Of a stretch of DNA of 64,000 nucleotides, positions 9,353 to 19,904 are shown in pieces. The translations under genes and the position numbers were made by a program. Below the pieces are notes generated by a model. That model saw only the letters and a program-made list of their open reading frames with translations, was not told the DNA's origin and did no database searches. How positions within the stretch are numbered: the stretch's first letter is position 1; every line of letters starts with the position of its first letter. Source of the DNA: an uncultured Spirochaetota bacterium (GTDB lineage: Bacteria; Spirochaetota; Spirochaetia; SZUA-6; Fen-1364); the NCBI GenBank assembly GCA_963745235.1, contig CAVUXE010000011.1:1-64000 (forward strand), read 5' to 3'.

Positions 9353-9629
9353 ATGGAATTTGCATGGGATGAACGCAAGGCAAGCGCAAACGCGAAGAAG
9401 CACCGTGTTTCATTTCACGAGGCGGCAACCGTATTCGGGGATCCTATCTATGGCAATTACTTTCCATGACCCAGAGCATTCAACGACCGAGCGCCGCTTT
9501 CTTACGTTTGGATTGTCTGGCTCAGGTCATCTCTTGGTTGTATCACACACCGATCGAGGGCAAACGACACGGATCATCAGCGCTCGCCGCCTGACGCGGC
9601 GGGAAAGAGAGATTTATGAGGAAGGGTAA
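9353..9629 (+). CDS. brnT: BrnT family toxin (one frameshift)
   Basis: MEFAWDERKASANAKKHRVSFHEAATVFGDP, then shifted frame HSTTERRFLTFGLS...LLVVSHTDRGQTTRIISARR. Confidence 0.85.
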
Positions 9630-9873
9630 CCCTGAGGAACTTCGGTCGGCGTATAGTCGTGAGGAGCTCGGCAAAGGCGTTCGCGGAAAGTATTTGAAGT
9701 CATACCGAGAGGGCACAAATTTGGTGTTACTCACGCCGGAGGTGGCAGCCGCCTTCCCCACGGATCATGCGGTCAACGAGGCGCTGAGCTCTCTTATTGA
9801 AGTGGCACGGCGCGCTGGCAGACTGAGGCGCTCAACCTCACGTCCGAGACCTTCAGGTCGTCAAGTTCAGTAG
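9616..9873 (+). CDS. BrnA-type antitoxin
   Basis: 'GVRGKY...NLVLLTPEVAAAFPTDHAVNEALSSLI'; overlaps the toxin gene. Confidence 0.8.
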   Translation: MRKGNPEELRSAYSREELGKGVRGKYLKSYREGTNLVLLTPEVAAAFPTDHAVNEALSSLIEVARRAGRLRRSTSRPRPSGRQVQ

Positions 9874-10199
9874 CACGCCTCCTAATCATGCTTCCGTCCA
9901 CTATCTAGAAGGCAAGAAGGATTTCTGTGCGACAGGGTGAATTGCGTAGCGCTGTTTCCGGTCCTAACTGGGCGGGCTTTGCGCTAGTTCGTGATTGGGC
10001 CGCGGAGCAGCGGAATGAACTTATGGAGGACTGGCTATTATGCCAACAAAATCAAACACCAGGGAAAATCCCGCCTCTCGAATAGCTTCACCTTGGAGAG
10101 TGGTGAGAGTGGAGCCGCGTCCCGGATTCTCTCTGCGCGTCGAGTTTGTTGATGGCACATCGGGAGAAGTCGAGTTAGCATAATCGATCGAACATGCCG

Positions 10200-10690
10200 C
10201 GGCAACGTTGCGTATATCCTCGAGGGATAGCCCAGAAACCTCGGTCCTCCGAAGGCCGGCGCCATAGCCCAACGCGATCACCGCAGCATCGCGGATGCCG
10301 ACCGGCGTCGCGTCCGTGCAGCCGTCTATCAACGATTTGAGCTCGCCCTTGCTCGGTGCGCGTCCCGCGGGGATTGCGGATCCAGGAACCGATCGAAGGT
10401 GCTGCACTTTCTCCAATTCTTCGCCCGGGTACTCTCCCAGGCGCCAAGCTTCAGCACGCCTTTGACCGCCGACAAGTACCGATTCGCCGTGGCCGGATTG
10501 TAGCGCTCGCCCCGCTTTGTCTTGATCGTTGGACATGCTCGTGGCGAAGCTGTTGTGTTGCCAAAGGACCTCCCTCGCATTCTTGAAGCCCAGGAGGTCG
10601 CGTGCTATGATGTTGAGTGCTCCTGCCATGACTAAGCGGCCTGAAGGCAGCAGGGACGCTAGATAAAGTCCCGCAGGATTCTTTGCTGCT
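10200..10690 (-). pseudogene. Truncated, frameshifted tyrosine recombinase of a different subfamily
   Basis: NPAGLYLASL; PATANRYLSAVKGVLK; RDAAVIALGYGAGLRRTEV. The HxxR and catalytic Tyr region is missing. Confidence 0.8.
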
Positions 10691-11147
10691 CGGGAGGGTT
10701 GGGGGGTGGCCAGTGACCCCCCAACTCGACTCGGAGGGCCCTGGCTCTTTCCAAACCACCCCCTACACTTGGAACAAGCTTGTCAGCCAACAGTCCCCCT
10801 CCGTAAGCCAAAAAAAGCCTCCCTAACCCGTATCCATGATGCTATCATGGATAAAACGTTAAAACGGCCTTTCTCTCAAGCTATAGAGAACCGATCGCAA
10901 GCGCCCTCGCGACGCGGCGGCCGGGGAGGGCAGGGTGAGATGGACCCCAAAGTCAGCGATGATAACTAGAACACTGGTACCGCTGAAGTTGTGGCTGTTC
11001 TTCGATGTATCATTCGAAAGTGACAGAGATCCGACGTCCCATTTTTCGCCAAGCATAATTTCCATGAGTTGCTTTCCTTGACGAGAACGAAAGCCATGAA
11101 TTCTGTAGCAGATCTGCACTGACAAGCGCTTTCATTTCAGATAATAT

Positions 11148-11420
11148 TTGTCTATGGCGAAAACTAAGAAAGGCAGAGCAACGTCCGGCTCGCGCTCGAC
11201 AAAGAGCCCGGGAGCAACTAAGAAGATAACGGGGACCGTATTGAAAATCGTAAACGGTAAACCAACTACGACCAAGCTAAGCGTTGAAAAAGCTTTTACG
11301 GATATCGACCAGGCTCGCGCTCAGGTTCTCTACATTGAGAAGAAGGGCACCGCAGAAGAAAAGCGTCTCGTGCGTTTGGCGTTCCGACAGTACCAGGGCA
11401 TGCGATTCCGCGGCAAATAA
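11148..11420 (+). CDS. Hypothetical basic protein
   Basis: 90-aa Lys-rich ORF. Confidence 0.4.
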   Translation: MSMAKTKKGRATSGSRSTKSPGATKKITGTVLKIVNGKPTTTKLSVEKAFTDIDQARAQVLYIEKKGTAEEKRLVRLAFRQYQGMRFRGK

Positions 11421-11615
11421 CCAGGCTCGCGTGATCAGGTGGGGAGCAAATATCGAACTGTCGTACGAAGCGGAGATAATTGTGCTTTTACTCCGCAGCA
11501 GCAGCGCCAGCCCACGCACGCCGAATACTGAATTTGCTACGTCGGCTGAGCAAGAGTATCATCCTCTCTGAGTCCCGTGCGTGGTGCGGGGCTCGGCGGT
11601 CTTAGGATAAAGATC

Positions 11616-11801
11616 ATGGAAAAGCAAAACATCGCAGTGGGAGACCTCGTGAGATTCAAAGGCGGCGGATCATCGATGACCGTCCAGAAGATAGAGGGTG
11701 ACGAAGCTACCTGTGCCTTCTCACTTGGAGGTTGGCAACGCATAAGACTTGAGGTCCTTGAAAAGGCTCCCGACGAGCTTTACTGGTGGGGTAGGGGATA
11801 G
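11616..11801 (+). CDS. YodC/DUF2158 family small protein
   Basis: 'IAVGDLVRFKGGGSSMTVQKI...ATCAF' signature. Confidence 0.7.
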   Translation: MEKQNIAVGDLVRFKGGGSSMTVQKIEGDEATCAFSLGGWQRIRLEVLEKAPDELYWWGRG

Positions 11802-11842
11802 GATGCAAGCATGCCACACACACTCGGTGCGAGAAATCCCTT

Positions 11843-12901
11843 TCATAGCTTCTCCGTATCCAGGGCCAGCGTGTTCCTCAAGTATTTCTCCGTGATCGCT
11901 ATTGCCGCATGCCCCAGCCTGCGCTGAAGCCACCTCAGGCCATTAGCGGCGTTCGCCTCTGCGAAGGCATGGCGCAGGTCGTGAAAGCTGTAGACCGCCA
12001 GGATTTTCCCTTGCGCCACAAGCTGTTGGCACAGCCGCTGTAGCTGCATCTGCAGCCGTGCGATCACCAAGCCGTCCGTGGACGTCTGAGCCTGATCCTT
12101 CAATTTCCAGCCAACCCGTCGAAGGCTTGCCAGGGAGAAGGGCTGTCGCGGGTCAAGGCGGGCCAGATGAATTATTCTCTTTGCCTGCTTGGAAAGAGGA
12201 TCTGGCCCGATCACCTGATGTCCCTTCGAGACCGTCCAGTAGCGGCCTTCCTCTCGAATGGAGAGGGCAGGGAGGGCTCCCACGCGCAGGGCGGTCTCCG
12301 CCACCACGGCCAGGGCCGCGGCGAGCACGGGGTGGGCCTCGGCAATGAGAATTGCCAGCTCCTCCTTGGTGGGGATGGTGGCCACGGGCCAGGTGGAGCG
12401 TGGGCGGATCTTTGTCCCTCGAAAGGGATTTCTGATAGTCGCATCGCGCCGTTCGAGGAAAGTGAAGAAGGAACTGCACACCGAGACCACAAGACGCACG
12501 GTGTCGGCATCGGGAAGCTTTCCGTCGCGTCCCTGGCGTCCACGAAGCTCGCGGATGAAGTCGTCGGCCTCCCGGGGGTTAAGCTCGCCGGGGGTAAGCT
12601 TGTGGGTTTCCATCCAGGCGTCAAGGAGGCCCAAAGCACGCTCGTAGACCGCTCTTGTGCGCTGCGATGTCTTGTCCGATATAAAAGTGGCACGCTCGGC
12701 TTTCCAATCAAGGCGCTCCGCGGCGACCCTGCGGCGCACCTGGTCTTTGAGCTCATCGACGACCGCCAGGCGCATGATCTGCGTGGCGGCCTCGGGCGTA
12801 AGCTCTTCGAGCTCAGGAAGGCTTTCTGCGATCTGGGCGATGCTGGCGGCGATGAAAGCGGCTCCTGCGTGTTTAGGTTTTAGCTGATCAGGCGAGTCCA
12901 T
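11843..12901 (-). CDS. Tyrosine recombinase, paralog of 2659-3660
   Basis: ALRVG, HDLRH, LGH and TEKY motifs. Shares the N-terminal extension and the 'SSF(F/W)T(F/W)LERR...NPFRGT' block with the first copy. Confidence 0.9.
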   Translation of the reverse strand: MDSPDQLKPKHAGAAFIAASIAQIAESLPELEELTPEAATQIMRLAVVDELKDQVRRRVAAERLDWKAERATFISDKTSQRTRAVYERALGLLDAWMETHKLTPGELNPREADDFIRELRGRQGRDGKLPDADTVRLVVSVCSSFFTFLERRDATIRNPFRGTKIRPRSTWPVATIPTKEELAILIAEAHPVLAAALAVVAETALRVGALPALSIREEGRYWTVSKGHQVIGPDPLSKQAKRIIHLARLDPRQPFSLASLRRVGWKLKDQAQTSTDGLVIARLQMQLQRLCQQLVAQGKILAVYSFHDLRHAFAEANAANGLRWLQRRLGHAAIAITEKYLRNTLALDTEKL

Positions 12902-12919
12902 TTTGCCCCTCCCCTCGCG

Positions 12920-12946
12920 GTTTAGATAATGAGAGCTTATATAACA
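12920..12946. promoter_or_regulatory. Putative recombinase site B
   Basis: GTTTAGATAA-TGAGAGC-TTATATAACA, 19 bp from the recombinase ATG. Confidence 0.65.
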
Positions 12947-13255
12947 CTTAGGATCGGCTCACACGCTTTTATTCATGAGGGTGGTCCTCAGAATGAGTGC
13001 AACGCTCAGGGCGCCACGGAGGAGGGATCGCCCGTGACAACCTCCTGCTGTGGTTTGGTTTTTTGGTGTCCGTTGCCCTCGCAAGAGGGTAGGGGGCATC
13101 ACGGTTTCTTGCGATACACATTCAGCCGGATTTTTCTTCTCGCGGTCGGTCACGAGCCTTTCCCTTTCCCTGATAGCACCAATCTACCGGGAACAGCTAT
13201 AGGCGCTCGAGGGATTTGAGCGTATGAGGATTGCAAAGAGGAGTTGCCCATAATT

Positions 13256-14114
13256 GAGGCTGTCCGGGCAACCTGCCGCCGGCGCGTAGGTCGATTTTTC
13301 ATTGATCGGCGGCACCCCTCATGCTATGGTTGGTGCGGGAGGGGGCGATGCCGGTATTCAGAGAGTACGATCAGGGCCAGGGCGTCTTTCGCAGCATCAG
13401 GCCCAACGAGCTTCTTGAGCCAGACAAGACCATCCCGCACGCGTGATCGACAAGGTTGTGGAGATGCTGGATCTCGGCGAGGTCTACGCCTACCACTGCG
13501 GACTGATGAGCGGCCGAAAGATCTGGGACGGACTGAAGGAGCGAGCCGACTTTATATTATCTGCTGCCGAAACTTTTCGCCCAAATTTGTGATGGGTGTG
13601 GTAGTGGCGGTCTTCACCACGGATGAGTCGGACAAGCCTGAAGATCTCTTTTCTCTGGTTGACCGAGCCAAGGAGAACGCCGGGCAAGGACACAAGAACG
13701 TGCTGGAAGATCCCGGCTTTTGTGACTATGAAACCTTCTGCCGGATCGGCGCTTTGAGGTAACAGAAGAGGGGGCTACGAGCCGGGGAAAGTACGAAGTG
13801 TTTTGCCCCAAAGGAAACCGATGGAACTGAAAACCGTGAGCAGCCTTGGCGAGGGCAACACGGTGAGCATCTACGAAGGCCAGGAGTGCCAGAGCTGTCC
13901 TTGGCGGGAGAAGTGCACCAACGGCAACAAGAGAACGATCGCGGCTGACAGTCGGGAACCGTTTCGTGAGCGCATGAGAAAGAGCTTCGCAGTGATCACG
14001 GGCGGGAAACCTCCATGAAGCGTCAGGGGATCGTCGAGTCGGTGCACGGGACAAGGGATGGAGGCAACACCGCCTGGAGCTCGGGAAAACCTCGGCAGGT
14101 TATCAGACAGCCTC
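13256..14114 (+). mobile_element. IS1182-family internally deleted element
   Basis: Terminal IRs GAGGCTGTCCGGGCAACCTGCCG / CGGCAGGTTATCAGACAGCCTC with AATT on both flanks; transposase remnants MPVFREYDQGQ...HPARVIDKVVEMLDL and YEGQECQSCPWREKCT. Confidence 0.85.
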
Positions 14115-14390
14115 AATTGATTTAGATGCCGGGTGCTTGGAGAAACGCCTACAGAATATCCGCCTGACGTTTAAAGTCGCAAGCCACGACTTTGGTGCTT
14201 CCTGGTTCGAATCTTTGCGACTGCTCGCGCACCTGGTCGAGAGTCACCGGATGATCCTGGGGGTGCAAAGTTGAGCAGCAGACCTTTGTGGCGGGCCGTG
14301 TCGCGACCTTCGGGAGCCTTGCTGCATATCCCCTTTACCCTTCATTGATGTAGACTGTTGGCAGTACTCAGGGTTCTGAGGGGGGCCGTT

Positions 14391-14585
14391 ATGAATGAAG
14401 CGAAATCAAGAGCTCTTGGATTGGCAATCCAGTTTTTTGGAACGATTCCGGATCATTTCAAAATGAAAGCATTCCAAGTGTATGAACGTATTGGGCCAAA
14501 GGATAGGGCCGAACCTCATCCCTACAGCGCAGAGGATGCAATAAAAACGGCGAATCTGTTCCTCGATTATATTAAAACAGAATAG
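14391..14585 (+). CDS. Hypothetical protein
   Basis: GAGGGGG RBS; 64-aa ORF. Confidence 0.4.
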   Translation: MNEAKSRALGLAIQFFGTIPDHFKMKAFQVYERIGPKDRAEPHPYSAEDAIKTANLFLDYIKTE

Positions 14586-15704
14586 CAGATTTCCGCAGGG
14601 CCATCGGTCAGAGAATCAAGCGCGTGGCGGGCCTTGGTGAGACTTTCGCGGGGTTTGCCCTATGATTCATCGTTGACCGGGCACAGACCCCGTGTTATTG
14701 ATATTTGGGTCACGCGCGAATTGGGTCACAGTGATCATGGCGATGCGTGAGCCCAAAGAGCCAATAGAGGATTCACAAGACGCTAGGGAGAGGCCTTTCT
14801 GCTGCAACACTCATTGCGGCCTGGCACAGTTAATCTCGATCAGGTGCGCGAGCAGCTCGCCAAACGGTTGGAGCTCGCCCAGGCCAGAGAGAAGGCGGTT
14901 GACCAACGAGCTGTGGAGTTCAACTCGGGTCGTGCATCGGCCCTCCAAGACGCGCTGAAGCTCATAGACAAGGCAATCCAGGCGGAGCAGGCGGCGCGGA
15001 TCAAGGAGGCCGCCCAGGGCAGGGCGCGGCCACAGGTACAAAAGACGGGGACTGGTCATGGAATGAAGGAGCTGCCCCCGATAGATGGGGCAGTCGTGGT
15101 TATACTCCCGGGTAAAGGGGGGGCGGGTGAAAGCGAAAGTGATTGAGGCAATAGACGGCATGTGTTGCCTTTCAGAGAATCTGCGGCTGGAGCGCCCAGC
15201 CAAGATCCTGAGGCAGAGACCGCCAAGAAAAAGGGGGAGACGGGACCGATACGGCTTGAGAAAGAACTGTCCCGGGTCCTCCTATTTGTTAGGAAAGTCC
15301 ACGCCATCGGACAAAGCGAGTGCATGGTCGGGGAAAAACGACATACCACCGTGACTGTGCTTCACGGCTGAGCCACTTACCCGACCCGTTACGGTTTTCC
15401 GGGGCCGATTTTTCCTCACACCCCCGCCCGGGTGCACACTCACTCTTGCGCCAGGCCATGGTGCGCGCCGAGATGACGCGACAGGACGGGGTTCCCGTCC
15501 AATTTGAAACAGCCTGGCGCTTCACTTGCCTGACCTTCTGCCCGAGACTGATCTTTCATGCAGCGTTATGCGCAGGCACGGAGTCCGTTGGCGGTAAGTC
15601 AGCGTTGGAGAAAGGTGGTCATCGCTTTCCTTCGGAGCAACTACTAGCGCGGGAGATCGTCAGCAGGGTGGGCTTGAGATGCGCAACCATGCCTCTGTGC
15701 CTCT

Positions 15705-15745
15705 AAAAAAAAAACGCCCCCGGGAAGGAGGAGAAACCAGGGGCA
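15705..15745 (-). terminator. Intrinsic terminator, possibly ending a small RNA
   Basis: Minus-strand GCCCCTGG...CCGGGGGC stem followed by a T10 run. Confidence 0.7.
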
Positions 15746-17055
15746 ATAAGGTTTAGGAGGAATCCAGTTAGAAGTTTACCGCGGTTTCCGTTACAAAACA
15801 GCGCATCGTGTGAGATTTGATCCTTGTGCTCGCAGCTCAAGGGAGGTGCAATGATCGCATCCCAAAAAGTTCGGAAAAGGGGGAAAGGAACGTGTCGAGG
15901 CAGTTGCCTTCCCCGCTTTCCAACCAGGAGAAAAAGAGATATGGCGGCACCGTTCTGTAGGATCTGCAAAGACTTAGGAGACACCGAAGGGCGCATGAGC
16001 CGCGAGGCGTTCCCTCGAGGTATTCCCGAAGCTGTATACCCATACGGATGTGTCAGATTCATGCCCAGGCTCGGCTCTGAGGAGATGGCGCGGCGCTGGC
16101 AAAAGTTAGAGAAAAAAGGTGGAGTCGCAGAAGCGATCTTGGAGAAGGACTGGCCTGGACCGAGATCAGGATAGCGGGTCGCCTATCCCATGGTTGTTTC
16201 ACGCACTCTCGATAAGGTGTTCTTGTTCAGAAAATTCGAGCTCGATACGACCTATAGGTAACATAACACTTCGACAGTGCATACAGAGGGGAGCGCGCAT
16301 GGCAGGTAGCCCCGCAGGTCCCCGGGATATCTTTTTGACCGCCGCCGACACAATGGAGTAGAATCCCTACATGGCTATCAAGGAGCCGGATTCAGTATTG
16401 AGGAAGGCAGTTTAGAAAAAATTCACGCAAATCTACAATCCCCATCTCGCTACTACGGGGGAAGGCCGTCCGAACTCCCATCGTCGGCGACCTCCACGCG
16501 GCGGGCGGCTGGGGCCCCCCTCCCCCTTTTCGAAGATGGGGAACTTCTACTAACCTGTCAGAAGTTTTGACAATCTCTTTGTTCGGAGTGTAAGATCGAA
16601 CTTTGTTTTCTGAACTTTGACCCGATTGTAGCGACCGAAATCAAACCGTCATGCAGTCGGCTCGAAGCGGAACTCGTCCGCCCTGGCCACGATTTCCCCG
16701 ACTGTCTGCTGGGTCAACTCCCGGTTTTCACGTCTGATGATGTTTCTCTATGAATGCCTATGGCAAGAGCAAATTGGTCTCCCGACGCCAGTCTGATCGT
16801 CAGAACTTCCCGCGTTCACCGTTCCCATCCTGCGGCTCCGTACGAAAGAGTCTGACTTGGGCTCATGCGTTGGTGCGTCGATCTCGCGACGCGAACCAGC
16901 GGTTGATTGCAAAGCGATTTTGGTCGAACCGGAGATGAGAGCTTGTCGTCCAAATGAATCAAAGGATCGTCTCGAGTCTTCGCAGATGTCCGCGTTCGGA
17001 CAGGTCATGAGTGATGTTCATTCGAATGCTCACGAGCGCCCGTTGTTGTGCAGGC

Positions 17056-17083
17056 AAAAAAAACCGCCCCTGTGGGAGGCGGT
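17056..17083 (-). terminator. Intrinsic terminator
   Basis: ACCGCCTC-CCACA-GGGGCGGT followed by a T run, downstream of the flavoprotein remnant. Confidence 0.75.
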
Positions 17084-17105
17084 CAAAGAATGTGTGGTCG
17101 AGAGC

Positions 17106-17688
17106 TTATTTCTTGGCTGCCGCCTGTTGTCCAGCGACCCTGCCGAAGGTCAGGCTCATTTGAATCGAGGTTCCGGAAGCGGGGTACACTTGATTGAAGA
17201 AACCGCCATTCGCCACTTCGCCCGCCGCGAAGAGTCCCGGGATCACCTCGCCCTTGGCGTTGAGGACGTGGGTGTCGAGATCGATCTTCAGGCCGGTCAT
17301 CGTCCCGAGCGTAGCGGCCTCCACTTTGAGGGCGTAGAACTTCTTTTCGGCCGCGGAGCCGACTCCTATTGCTTGACGGCTTTGGTCAGATCGGGTGCTC
17401 CGCCGGAAAGAGCTACGACGTTGACTGGCCTCTCACGATTTCGGCAGGTACGCGCGTGAAAGCCAGGTCTGATACGCCTGCCATCTCATTCTGCTGATCG
17501 ATGGTGATCTTCGCGATCCTTCCTTTTTCGATCGTCACTGTGAGCGAAATGTCGCCGTGCAGTCCCTCCGCCTTGCCGTGATACGCCCCGTCCTTCCATT
17601 TGCCCCCGGACGCGGGTGCACAGGATAGGACGAGCACAGCCGCCAAGCAGAGCGTTATGCAGAGTGCCAGTGTTGGTCTGAGATTCAT
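17106..17688 (-). pseudogene. FMN-binding lipoprotein / flavocytochrome c-type reductase, internally deleted
   Basis: Lipobox VLSC and FMN_bind domain (WKDGAYHGKAEGLHGDISLTVTI) lie directly before an FAD-binding C-terminus (LGTMTGLKID...IPGLFAAGE...FGRVAG). Confidence 0.75.
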
Positions 17689-18055
17689 ACATGTACCTCC
17701 TGGGGTTCGAAACAACGGTTACTCTGCGCCTGTAAGGGTGGTGGTCGAACCGTACGGCAGTCGAACTCACTGTCCGGCTTGCTACCCGGATTTTCCCCAG
17801 TTAATCACATTCGCCAGGCAGTGTCGATACCGGCATCATCGGGCTTTCACTTTTGCAGACAACGGGCGGAAAAGAAACCGATCAATCTTTGCATTGCGTC
17901 GCGCAAAAATGGACAGAGCGCCTGCGCTCGCGTAGCTTGCGGCAGTTCCCGAACTCCTCCAGCTGTCAATACTTGATCATCGTAACTTCCGAATTGCTGG
18001 GACGGCAGCAGTGATGGCTGCAGCGCAACCCAGAAAATAGACCGCGCTAATCGCA

Positions 18056-19454
18056 GTGGTCAAGGGCGCGCCCAAAGCTGTGGCAACGCCGCCCGCCAGC
18101 TGGCATCGCTTCACGGAATCCAATACAGTTGCTGGTCGAATGAGACATCGGAGCTGGTTTGCTAAGGCTCCTTCCTCAGCGATATCGACCAGAACTGAAA
18201 AGGCCGCACGCGAAGTCCTGGAAGGCAGGAGTCGGAGGGGCTTCTTCCGTCGCGTTCTTCCCTTCCTGGGTCCGGCCTTCATCGCAAGCATTGCCTACAT
18301 CGACCCCGGCAATTTCGCAACAAACATCCAATCCGGGGCGCAATACGGCTACCTCCTGCTTTGGGTAGTACTCGGTAGCAACGTAATGGCCTCGGTCATC
18401 CAAGTCCTTGCCGCGAAGCTGGGGATCGCTTCGAGGAAGAATCTCGCCGAGCACTGCGCTGACCAGTTCTCGAAACCCTTCACGTTTGGTCTTTGGATCG
18501 CGATGGAAGTAGGTGCCATGGCCTCAGACCTCACTGGGTTTATTGGTGCCGTAGTCGGGTTCAACCTTCTTTTCGGGATTCCTCTCTGGATGGCGGGGCT
18601 TCTGACTGGAGTTGCCACTTTCATAATACTCGGTTTGGAGCGTTATGGATTTCGTTCCTTTGAGACGACGATCGCCGCCTTCGTTGGGATTATCTCAATC
18701 TGCTACCTTATTGAGCTGAGCATTGGTGAAGCCGCCTTGGGGTGAAGTGCTTACTCACACGTTCATTCCCCAGTTTGAAGGCACTGAGAGCATCGTGCTC
18801 GCTGCGGGAATCCTCGGGGCAACTGTGACTCCTTATGCAGTCATCCTTCACTCTGCACTCACTCAGGGCCGTGTGGTGCCACATGATGATATTCAGAGGA
18901 AGCGATTGTTTCGGTTCGAGATAGTGGATGTGGTTGTGGCAATGGGTATAGCAAGCCTGGTGAATATGGCCATGCTTGTGATGGCAGCAGGCACGTTCCA
19001 CCAGCATGGGATGAAAGATGTAGGAACCCTGGAGCAAGCCTACAAGACTCTCCAACCCCTCCTGGGTCAAGCCGCTACGTGGGTCTTTGCCGTTTCCTTG
19101 ATTGCCTCGGGCTTGTCCGCTGCGACGGTGGTGACCCAGGCAGGTCAGATCATTCTCAAGGGGTTCCTCAATCGGCGAATACCCTTATGGCTCCGACGTC
19201 TGATCACGATGGTGCCCTCATTTGTGATTATATTGGCCCATTTCGATCCAACGCAGAGTCTGGTGATCAGCGAAGTGGTACTGAGCTTCTCTCTGCCGTT
19301 GACACTCATCCCGCTTGTCATGTTTACAGGCAGGAAGGACCTCATGGGGAATCTGGTGAACAGGGCAGCAACAAAAGCTCTCATAGTCCTGATCGTTGTC
19401 GTGATCATTGCGCTAAATGCTTATCTTCTGTATAGCACGTTCAAAAGTGCTTGA
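18056..19454 (+). CDS. mntH: Nramp family Mn2+/Fe2+ transporter (one frameshift near 18730)
   Basis: GPAFIASIAYIDPGN and ILGATVTPYAVILHS motifs across two ORFs. Confidence 0.9.
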
Positions 19455-19904
19455 TGGGCACCTGCGTTCGAAGTAATTTCCCAATGGAGCATCGCCTCTC
19501 ACACCATCGAGGTGGCAAGGACGAACGCGGCGATGAACACCAAACCCACCGTGAGTAAGCGGCACGGGAGCGATATAACCTTCCGTCGGAAGTTTGTTCT
19601 TGTGCGGTTGATGGCGCCGCAACATCAATTCCATCAGCGCTCGGGCGTCCTTCCGGGTGGTCGGCAGAGCGCCAACTGGGTTGGCAAACCTGATGGCCTC
19701 TTGCATGGAAGCCCCTTTCTCCGAGGTCAAGAACGGTTCCTGCGTTGGAGGAATCGCCTTCATATAATCATGAATTGAGAAACATGCTCGGCTATTACGG
19801 CCCGTGTTAATCTTCGTTTCTACGCTGAGCTTTGGTGATTCTGAGCTGCTCTGTGGCGCTGCCGAAATGCCGTCCAAAGCTTCACGGGTGGTAGAGAATC
19901 AATT

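Noticed and set aside
12058-12887. Long overlapping antisense and alternate-frame ORFs here and across ftsH, the transposases and the ABC genes
   Set aside because: Shadow ORFs expected in GC-rich coding DNA; no motifs or RBS.
16439-16575. 9-bp inverted repeat TCCCCATCT/AGATGGGGA and TGTCA...TGACA palindrome around a GC-rich stretch
   Set aside because: Short enough to arise by chance; no target duplication or associated gene to support a MITE or cos call.
17790-18055. Possible metal riboswitch upstream of mntH
   Set aside because: No yybP-ykoY or other consensus motif recognisable.
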